Of a stretch of DNA of 64,000 nt, positions 53,529-64,000 are shown piece by piece. Under the pieces are notes generated by a model that saw only the letters and a program-made list of their open reading frames with translations, was not told the DNA's origin and ran no database searches. The stretch is from Lingula anatina (taxonomy: Eukaryota; Animalia; Brachiopoda). Each line of letters begins with the position of its first letter. Position 1 is the stretch's first letter. The stretch is taken from NCBI GenBank assembly GCA_051362555.1, contig CM120641.1:31874401-31938400 (forward strand), written 5' to 3'. The position numbers and the translations under genes were made by a program.

Positions 53529-54833
53529 TTAAGTTCCAAAAAGCTCAAGTGCTAAAACATCTGAGGATCAGCAACTCGTGAGAGCAGTGACTTAAAGGGT
53601 TGAAGTTGGCACTTAGAAATCTTGTAAGCTGCACTTCATAAATAAAATAAAGTATATTCCGAGAACTGACCCCTTTCATTAATAGTTACGAAGCTAATAA
53701 CCTCGTAACAAATCATCAAAAAAGCAAACAAAGTGGATAGACTAAGACACAAAATTTTGGAAGAAAAGAACGAGGTGTGTATTACAGGACCCTTTTTTAA
53801 CCTTGTCTAAGTTCACTTGTCCTACTGTGCAAGGCCAATTCAAGTTGCCTAGCAGTAATCATGAATGCAAATTTTCATCATTACATGTAGTTATTTCATT
53901 ATTCATGTTTTCCTAAATTAAAACTCTGTGCATAATATTACACTCAAATAATTCACTCTCTTTATTTCTTAACCGAGTGCCATTAAAAGATACTACATGT
54001 CTGAAAAGAAGGAGGATGTTCTATAATAAGCAAACGGACTGGACAGACTAAAACAAAATATATGAAAGGAAGAAAGTACTAATGTAGGACCTTTTTAAGT
54101 GCATAGTTTGAAAAATAATTTAAATATCATAAAAGTTGACATTCTTATATCGTATTAGATTATCATTTAAATGAACTGTTACCCGAAGCAAAATTTGTCA
54201 TTAAATAGATCCTATTTTTTGGAGGCAAAAGGCAAAGATTTGGACAGGCAAAGCGTTCACTTGACAGATGATTCCAGGAAAAGTACTCCCACGAGAGGGG
54301 GAATTAAGTTACACCTATATAGTAGGACTTAGGCATCTTGCAGAGAGTACATTTAAAGAACATTTCCTGGACCTTTCTTGGATTTTCAAAACAAAAAAAA
54401 TCAAATTTCCTTGGATTATCAAAAAACTTTCAAAATACAAGTGCAACCTGAACAATCATGTTGTAATGGAATAAATGATAAAAGTTTATACTATGTGTTG
54501 TTCTGTTTTATCAGTATATTATTAAATCCCCACAAGAAATATTACATTTAAATAAGTAACCAAAGTAGGACAAATAAAAAGGTTTGAAAAGTTTATCTTT
54601 TGTATCTGGAAAGTTGCCAAAAGGCATCTGAAAGTTGAACTTTTTGGCAGGAAAAGGTGGAGGAAAGTCGGCCATTCATATACCTTTTAGCATGCAAAAA
54701 GCCCGTGAACTTTAGAATACCTTTTCTTCAGGCAAAAGATCGTCTTTTTGCAGCAAAAGGTGTATGAAAGTTCAACGTTTGTGCAGGAAAAAGGTAAAGA
54801 AAAGTGGGCCATTTGTATCCCTTTTCACTTATA

Positions 54834-56386
54834 CATTATTGCCCAAAATGGTTGGTACAAAAATAACTTTTTGGGATTTTTTACTCGTATTTCTAAAACG
54901 CAACACTTGGTACGAAAAAAAGTCAATGCACCAATTGGCACGACATTACGTAACATGTATGTGAAATATGAACACTTTTCAGTCAATCACTCTCCATTTG
55001 TTATGACTGGAGTGCCTGGGGTGTGTGAAACATGTCACAGAGTTTAAGTACAGTGCTGGTGGGGTGGGGTGCGTTTGTCATGTTTTGTCAGTTTTCGCGG
55101 AAGTTTGCATATTAGTAACTGTGTCTACCCATTATTGAGACCATGCCGCGACCTACTGATATTATAATACGACACCAAATGGTTGCATATGCAGAGGGGC
55201 TTAAAACAAATCGAGATCGCCAGACGTTTAGATATGGACAGGAAAACTATGAATAGAATCTTGAGGAGAAGGGCTGTGACAGGAAATGTGACACCTGCTA
55301 AGACCGCGAAGTGGAAACGCCAGAAGTGATCGTGTCATCATCAACCTGGCAAGAAGAGAGCGGACCAAATCTTCTAAAGCGATTGCCTTGGAACTATAGG
55401 CCAAACGTTGGGCTCGGTAGTCTCGCCAGACGGTAAACCGCAGGCTGTTTGAGCACGGCTACGCTTCAAGAATTTCAAAGAAACCACGCTTGACACCTGC
55501 CCATCGAGCAAACAGCCTGCAGTGGACGCAGCAGCACCGTAACCTTACGGTCCAACATTGGAATCACTTGGTGTTTGCTGATGAGTCCCGTTTTCTACTG
55601 TATCCAACAGTCAGAAGATTGCGTAGACTCGGAGAGAGGCTGTCGACTGAAAATATCCAGGAAACAACAGCCGAAGGAGGTGGTTCCGTACATATGTATG
55701 GGGTGCCATTTGCAGCAACGGCATTTGCCCGTTGCGTCCTCTGGATGAAAACCTTAACGCTGCCAGATACAGGGATATTCTCAAACAGAGTCTGGAGCCA
55801 TTCGCAAAAGGGATATACTGAGACAATTTTAGATTGCAACATGAAAATGCAACTCCCCACACAGCCCGCTTAATTACCGACTATATCCGCCAAAACTACA
55901 TTCAGCTGATGCCACAGCCAGCAAGAAGCCCAGATGCAAACCCAATTTGAGCACATGTGAGACGAACTTGGTAGTGCTGTTCAGAAACCCTCCCCCTGCA
56001 AATGTAGGTCAACTGCGAGATGCCCTTCAAGATGAATGGACCAGATTTTCTCTACAAAGAGCTGTAACTCTAGTTCACAATATGCAACGCCGTCTGGCGG
56101 CCATAATCCAAGCTTGAGGTGGGCATTCCCGCTACTGAGATTAATAATGAAGTCTGAAGTTACAAATTTATGTTTATTTTTTTCCTTTGTTACTGTTATG
56201 TAAAAAAATACTCATTTTGAGGGGTATGAGCAAAAAAAAGTTTTTCTTATATTTGCATTGGTTGTTTCTCTTTGACTTTACTAATCCTACAGCTTCGCAC
56301 ATTTAGCAATATAAACGGTATTATTTTGGTAATAATAACGATAATGAAAAAAAAACGGCGAAATTCAACCCTTTTGAGCAAGAGTG
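54834..56386 (+). mobile_element. Decayed Tc1/mariner DNA transposon (about 1.55 kb)
   Basis: TA|CATTATTGCCCAAAATGGTTG ... CAACCCTTTTGAGCAAGAGTG|TA imperfect TIRs. Broken transposase about 55143-56138 with KKPRLT...W...VFADESRF, LQHENATPHTA, PARSPDANPI and a GGHSRY-stop end; multiple stops and frameshifts. Confidence 0.92.
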
Positions 56387-59300
56387 TATAAAAGTCATAC
56401 AAAATATCGTCTTTTACACTTTTCCTAAAAATGCTAAAGGATTAGGAAAGGTGTGAAAAGATGGATAAAAGAAGGCCTTTTGATCACCTTTCAGGATATA
56501 CAAAAGCTGAGCTTTCATGCAGTGAACAAATCATCGACTGTCCAGCAACGTGCTCATCCAATCGACTGAAAACTGAATAAACTGGAGAACCATGATCGTC
56601 GACGCCGGCACCAGGCTTGACGCTCAAAGAAGAAGTATGCATATAAAAATTTCCCACAGTCATATTTTACTTGTCTATATCCTGCACAGCTACTCATCTT
56701 TCCAAAATCCAGATCTTCCAATGTGTTAAAACTGTAAAACCCTCATTAAGTTGATCGTTCCTTCTGAAATATACATGTATAGGATGACAAGGTGTTCTAA
56801 ATGACTTGCCAGCCATATGAAATTAACCACTTCAATTAAAAGTTGAATAAAACATTAAATCAAAGTGCAGGTACGGGTGAGCAATGGTTCGTCAGTAGGA
56901 GAAAATTGGGTTTTATCTCGAGGGAAATTCATTTTGGTCGGTAAATCCCATATAAATAGCTTTTAAAAAGAAAGAGGCAAGCGCAAGAAAGAAAACTTAG
57001 AATTGTAGCAACTGCACTTCATCACTTTATCCGTGCCTGCCCCATGCATGTAGCAGTAGTGGGAATGTGTCAATGACTAGAATATAAAAACGTAATGTCG
57101 ACGTCCCCGTTTGTATGAACCGAGTATAAGTGTCATAAAGACGTCTTAAATGATTTATCTTAAATACTTTGCAGCAATATCATTAAGGGGTAATAGCATA
57201 ATTTTTGTACATGTGACTGCACATATTGTAATGAACTTTATCAATTCGTTACCTACTAATTTTACCATCTTTGCCCTTTGACTTGAAAGCTGCTCAGTGT
57301 CTCGGAAACGGCAACCAATGCAAATTAATTTCAAGAACGCAGAAAAAAAACAGGAAAAGGTATTATACAGCCATTTCATGAAAAAGGTTCCAATTACAAA
57401 ACGAAAAATGCAGATTTTATATTCTTAGCAAAACTTTAAAACTTTTTACATTCAAAAGAGGGGGTTTTCAGAGAGTGACAGAAGAGTTTTTACCAACACC
57501 CTTACTTCTCTTTAAGAAACATTCACGTGTAAACACAGTAGGCGTATACTATTCTCGTTACGGAGGTTGGGTAACCTTTATATTGAGTTATATTTCAATC
57601 ATGCCATAGGTATAGCATCCAATTTTTCACTCTTTCTTATTTATTCGCAAATATATTGGATTATGCGTCTGTAGAATTTGCATTCCACATTTTGGAGTAG
57701 TTTTAGAGAGTTACAGCAGTTATAAGGGAGGTTAGGTAAAATGTATCATTAATACACTACATGTAGGCCTACCATTTAAAGAATTCAAAATGTCATAAAG
57801 TACATGCATCGTAAAAGCTGACACGTTCTTGTTGTTTCTTGAGAATGTTTCAAAACAAATACAGATTTCGTCTTTTGTCGTTGCCCGTTTAAACATATAA
57901 TTGTACTTGTTGGATGACTTTCTTCCTATGCTTTAAGCCCTACGGCCTTTTCTGCTATCTTTTTACGCTTCCACTCAACCCATTGAACTGGACCCTTTCC
58001 TTGGCGCTTACCGAATAATTTTACTGCGCAGGCAAAACAAACTTTTATATTGAACATGACTTTATTTCATTGCTCAGTGTGACCGTCAGAAAATTAACTT
58101 TTTCTGTGACACTCCCCATCTTTGTCAGAGGCAGCTTTACGATCATTAGATGCTTTTTTCTTTCTCTGTCATACCGCATTTGTAAGTCACAAATTTGTCC
58201 CCATCCTATAAAACATGTGGGTCCACATCTGTAGGCAATAAAAATAAATCAAAATTACCCCAAGCAAGCGAAATAATTTAACCTACAATTAATTATTAAG
58301 TAGACTGAGGTTCGACACGTGTTTGCAAACATTAACATTGATGAAAGTTTCAAGGCATAGTAATTATATGTAGAAAATAGTAAAATTGGAAACCACCATT
58401 CCACAATATTATTTACTGTATATGATTGTTGCTATCTGTAGAAGGTCCTTAGAGCTCCCGCGCAAAAGTGTCTGCTATGCTGTTAGTAAAGTACTACACT
58501 GTACGGATGTCAGATAATACCATTTTTTGTTATCAAGACCGTCCTGAAAACTCCTTATTATGGATGAAATCAAAAAGATAAGATCGACACAACCGTCAAA
58601 TACAAAAATAAATAAATATAATAAATAAATAAAATAATAATAATAATAATAATTTGATAAAACATTTTATGTTTTTGTCTTCCACTGTAAAGCACAACTA
58701 GGTAACAATCGAAATGTTCTGATAGAATTACAAATATCATATATTTTAATATGGGGATAATGCTATAAACAGTGGGCGTTATAAATAATTCTTGTATCGG
58801 ATATGGCTCAAGGACACCACAGAAATAACCCACAGAAGGCACTTCAGTAAGTTTTTATCACAATTCATAAATTTCGTTAAGGAAGTTTGCATAACGGAGA
58901 TTAGGTAACCATTCATTCTTCATTAGATATTATCCGCAAGATTCAATTGCTGAACAATCGGATAGTGTTTATAAAAAGTAATTGATCCTTTCTCATTAGA
59001 AATGAGATTCTAACTTTCTAAAGCAAATATTTCTGCAAATTTGGTGTTGTTTTAAAAGCTCTAAAATGCGGCATTTCAACTTTTGTGTTAAACATTCTGC
59101 ATCACGTGTACGCAGTATTTATAATGAAAAAGCACTATTTTTTAAAGTAGATGTATCGTGAGTTATAGAAAAGCAAAGGAAGTTGATTCATAAGCGTTAT
59201 TATTTTTCTTATACTCATGTACTCCTTTAAAATTCGTTACAGGGGTTAGGGGGTTACTGTGCCACCGTAACTAACGGACTATTAGATAAAAATCGCCATG

Positions 59301-60574
59301 TATGAAAAAAGAAGAAAAATGACCGCAAATTAATTGAGGACAAACAATGCTAAAAGATAAACGCACACACACACATCATATATTGTGCTTTTCGCGGCAT
59401 ATACATGTAGATGCTCTGGGCTCTGCAATGTGAATTATTCTTTTTATGTAGAACCCATAGGCTCCCGCTGTAAAACACTAAAAATTACAATATTCCATAC
59501 ACTTTTATTGCTAAAATAGGCTTCGACAGATACTTTTGCAGAATTGGAACCCTTTTTTCGTGGAATATCTGTACTTGTACAGTGTAAGCATTTTGGCAAC
59601 GCGACTCAATAACTCAAGCTCGTGTTCATCTCTAGTTGCTCCCGGATTGAGCACTGAAGCTGCAAACCTCGCTGATGCTGACGTTTTCGTGGACAGAATA
59701 CCGAAAGTGCAGGTAGGCCTGCATGTCACGGGAGGTATTATATAAAAATTACTGACAAATCTCATCTATCGCAATTAGCTAGAACACAACAACAGCATTC
59801 AATCCTGAGTCAGGTGCTGAGCAGTGGCGTACATGATTTTTTCATCCTTTTTTTTTTTTTTTTGTTAAATAACATGCACCGTTCGCTTCAAAAAGAGTAA
59901 TAAAATTATTCAGATGCTAGAGTAAATTATTTCTTATGTTAATAACGTAGAAATTATTCTAAAATAAACACAAATAGGTGTTCTTTGCATGTGAGGTGAG
60001 ATCTGCGTGATAAATGAGGTTAGTATCTGGCATTCGTCTTACTGTCGCCTCGTGAATATTTTGCAAAGATGTACCGGTCGATTCTTCGTCGTCTGCTTTA
60101 TCTTAGCACAAAGCCACGAACTTGATGAATCGTGTCCCGACTCTATCTTATAGGCCTTAGTTTTGAACAAAATTATATATAGATTGCCCACTGATTACGG
60201 ATAAACATAAAACAGCTTCAGCATTTACGGGTAATTTGATCGTAGGAAATGAAAACTGGTTTCCGTCTAAGCTCTGCCGTGGCCAATCAGAAGTCACCGT
60301 GGCGAGCCAAGATAAAATTATAGTCTTTCCCTGCAGCAATCCGCTGTCAACTTTTGTAAACGCATCGGAGTATACACATTAACAAATACGTGGGGTATCC
60401 CTTACAACTTTATTCTTTTCGGACCAAAAATGTGGATTTAATTCAACCGAGGCTGCTTTGTTGCGTTATAAGCTTTCCGACGAAGGATTTTAGGTAGAAT
60501 TAGGAAAATTCTGCGTGGAAATGTAAATCTGCAGTAATTCGATAGGTTATTTGCGCAACAATCACTTTAGACAT

Positions 60575-60695
60575 CAGCCGCGCCAAAAAGTCTAGACAAA
60601 CCATGTGATCAAGATAAGCCAATCATGATGAAGCCCATTAAGGTTATGCTTGTGGTCCTTCATTTAGAGTTGTAAGGGAGAATGGTTATAAAGGT
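60575..60695 (+). promoter_or_regulatory. Smad6/7 proximal promoter with a composite Smad-response element
   Basis: GCCGCGCC (60577-60584), 5-nt spacer, GTCTAGAC (60590-60597), CATGTG E-box (60602-60607), CCAAT (60619-60623), TATAAA (60687-60692). Confidence 0.75.
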
Positions 60696-61260
60696 TCATA
60701 ATTTCTTGTTTTATTTTCCAACATGGAAGAAAAATGAGTGGGTATCTTCACTTTTATTCTGTCTTAATTGGTTTTTAATCAGGCATCACTTTTATGTTCA
60801 CATTTTTGTGGGATTATAATCACTTCGACCCGGTGACCTCTGACCTTACACCCCTATTTATCACATTGGCATGTCCCATTTAGCTGGAGTACTGAAACAT
60901 ATCAGTGATGTTTTGAAGTGTAGAAGAACGGGAAGCTGTGCTGAATTTTACATGATTTTATACTGTTTCTACGTCTTAGAGAGGGAAATTACTACGATCT
61001 TAGCACAAGGAGGTACAGAGGCATCATTGGGTTGTGTATGTTGTAAAAATCGGTGTCGGATTTAAACAGGAAAGGGTGCAGATCTCGCGTGGAGTGTAAG
61101 CACTAGGTTGGGCAGATCACTGGCACCAGTGGTAATCTTGAGTCTGAAAATAGCGGCAATATATTAAGGATCACAACGAAAGAGGAGTATACGGCAGAAA
61201 CGAGAAGGAGGAATATAATGCGCCAGAATCAACTTCATCATTTGTGATGTCAAGCACTGC

Positions 61261-63990
61261 ATGTTTCGCTCAAAGCGAACATCGCTCCTGAAGCGTCTGT
61301 GGAAACAACGGGTAACAGAACATGAAGCCTCGTGTCCGTCTCAAAGTAGTCAGGATATAGATCTGAAAAGTGTATTGAATTCAATGTTAAAACGACTTAA
61401 AGAAGGCCAGTTAGAGGTCCTTTCACAGGCCGTAGAAACGAAGGGGGCGGACAAGACGCCGTGTGTGCTACTCCCAAAGGAGGATATTCGGTCGGGGCGC
61501 CTCACCGCCCCCCCTCACTTCTTATGTTGTCAGGTATGGCGGTGGCCGGATCTCGATCCGAGCCAACAGTTAAAGAAATTGCCGTGCTGCACCGCGGGGG
61601 ATCAGACGCAAGTCTGTTGCAATCCGTACCACTGGAGTCGGCTCTATGCACCAGGTAGGGAATTTTAGTCGAGGCGTCTGCGTTCATTAGGGGGCGGCCA
61701 TGTTGATTTCTTTTGAACGCCATGCGAGCCCGAGTCCCATTCATAAATTTCTTTCACTATTTACTATGCAACGCAGGGAAATCGCGCTTTACCAAGCATG
61801 GGATTTCGATCAATAGTAGCAAAGCGTAATGGAAAGCAGTTTTTAGCACGCGGAGTTTGGGAAGTGTTATCTTCATCCAAATCGGTCAGCGTGCATGTAA
61901 AAGCTGTACCAGCGTGATCGCTTTATATTTAACTGAACGCGAGGCCATCTGCTTTTGGTTGACCTTCTGGTCGTGTGTTATTAAAATCTGACCTACGCTT
62001 TTCCAAATATTTAAGGGTAAAACGTAACACAGTTCCTCACATTCTGGTAACGGAACGTCGGTGCCGATGGGCCGTGAGTAAATTGGCCTAGACTGGCCGG
62101 CGTAAGTGGATGCAAATACTGTGGCCTTTTCTTATTCAAAGCGCTACAATTAGTGGTGGCGCCGAGGCCGTGTACAGTCTATTTATTGGACTGAGGCCAT
62201 CAAGGGCAATTATCTTCTGTCGTCATTGAAAGGTTTTATTTCTCTAATCAAAATCAATCTGGGATTAGGCCAGAGCAAATAAGGGGCATTGGCAAGCAGG
62301 CAGTTCATTATAAAATATCCACTTGGACAGGATTTTTACCCTAGTTATGTATGAGGGATGTTTATCTATCCTGAACATGGTATTAAGAAGTGGGCTTTGT
62401 AACAGGCAAAATCCTAAATATATCTAACATTTTTTTCTTGATTTGTTAATATTGAAATGAATGAAAATAATACTTTTTTTTGTCATTTTGGAAAAGTACT
62501 TAAAATAAGAAAATTATGAGATCCCAATCACAACTATGATAAAATGTTTTTTGCCTTATCCTTAATAGCTATTTAGCATTTTTTTTATTTCTCTAGTTTT
62601 TATTTCAGCCACTGCTGCAAGGGATAAATTTGCAACAGTTCAAAATATCTAGGGACTTTTGTTTTTTTAGTTCACCTTGAAAAACACTCAGTCACTCATT
62701 CAAAAAGAGTAAAATTTGTGAATTTTTTAAAACTCTCCCTCTCTGTGCTATGTGAGATTTAAAACATTCTGAACATTCTCTTCCAAGTGCGACTACCTGA
62801 CTGAAATTTATTAAAGGCATTGTGTAATTCTACATAAAAAAAGAATAAAAACTATATGGTTTCTTTTACTTTTTATCCAGACTGCCCTCCTCCATCGTAC
62901 ACAGAAGCACTTCAAGAACGGGTAAAGCCACTAGAAGGTATGCAAACACAAAATTTGACACTAGCAGTGAAGATTTAGTCTACTGTATTTTCCTGTGACA
63001 TTGTGTGTAAAAAAATGTCATTACATACTTGGTAACTCTGGATATGCCAGTATAGAGAATTGATCAAAGTTGATATAACATCAACCAGAAGAATTTTCTG
63101 TGGGAAATGTTTCATTGCCATTCTGTTTGCTGTGAAATACCTCTGCGTCAGTGTGCAGTTAGGAAGAACTTGGTGTGCCAGTAAATGGTTACATTTTTAT
63201 ACATTGTTTAGATATGTTACAAGGACCATATGGAACAGGAACCTTTCAGTAATGCTGGCAGAAATAGTAGTGGATTGTATACTTTGGGGTTCTCTTACCA
63301 GCCTGTTTAAAGCCTGTGCAAGATAGCTCAAGCTCATTTTGAATAAAGCACCGATTAATTTGTCAGTCCTGTCTGATTGGGGATTTTACTCATTAGGAAC
63401 TGCTTAATTATGAAATGCACATTATTGCTAATCAATGCTTGTGTTTATGTTGAAAGCCATTGTGCCATTATAAGGAAGTTAATAGATAAATTGTTTGGTA
63501 GTATTCTATATATATTAAAGTATTAAACTATTTACTGCCTGGAACAGCATCACTTCTTATGGCTGTCTATGGGAGGGGACATTGAGGTATTCCAACCATT
63601 GGTTTTGCACTTTTTTTTTTAAGAATGAAAAAAAAACTTTAACTTTACTTGAGGTGTGTTGAATGCAAGTATGACACTTTATCTTGACATGTGGTATATA
63701 ATAATATAGTTTAATAAAACATGTATTATTTTTCCTAACATTTTGTACTCTTTATCTGCAACACAGATAAACAGCTCATGTTTTTCTCTCTCTCTCTCAC
63801 TAGACCCAGAGGCTTCAGTGGTGTCTACAGAAACAGGAGGTACTCCATCAGAACTCAGGCTAACTTACATTACAGGTGAGTCCTTGATTCTATGTTAAGA
63901 AAAAGATTGAAAAAATGTTTTATAAGAAAAATCTATGTATAGTTCTTGTGAGAGAATTTTATGCTTGATTTTCAGATGGTTGTCTTGAAG
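61261..63990 (+). CDS. SMAD6/7: Inhibitory Smad6/7, 5' part; gene runs off the right edge
   Basis: Exon 61261-61654 MFRSKRTSLLKRLWK...LKRLKEGQLEVLSQAVE...PPHFLCCQVWRWPDL...VCCNPYHWSRL is the diagnostic I-Smad N-terminus/MH1. Exon 62881-62937 carries the PY motif DCPPPSY. Further exons are 63804-63875 (STETGG) and probably 63976-63990. Confidence 0.95.
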
Positions 63991-64000
63991 GTAGGAAATT

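Overview
AT-rich, intron-rich animal genomic DNA, probably a lophotrochozoan such as a mollusc (inferred from the repeat content, not proven). By manual splicing it holds five genes in order: the 5' end of USP8 (-), head-to-head with a complete MESD LRP chaperone (+, 5 exons, ends in KDEL); a complete SIN3 corepressor (+, 27 coding exons, about 1313 aa); a complete convergent Smad2/3 (-, 9 exons, about 419 aa, ends in SSMS); and the 5' part of a divergent inhibitory Smad6/7 (+). The human orthologues of these genes all lie on 15q21-q25, which suggests ancient linkage. Mobile DNA includes two Penelope-like GIY-YIG relics, a decayed Tc1/mariner, CAGG-ended elements with 5-bp target duplications, TTAA- and TAA-type MITEs and Helitron-like repeats. 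The most notable non-coding signals are (i) an intact minimal type I hammerhead ribozyme right after one Penelope ORF, (ii) a GC-box/GTCTAGAC/E-box/CCAAT/TATA module upstream of Smad6/7 that resembles the vertebrate Smad7 feedback promoter, and (iii) a 6-bp TAGGCCTA footprint visible as the difference between two copies of one MITE.
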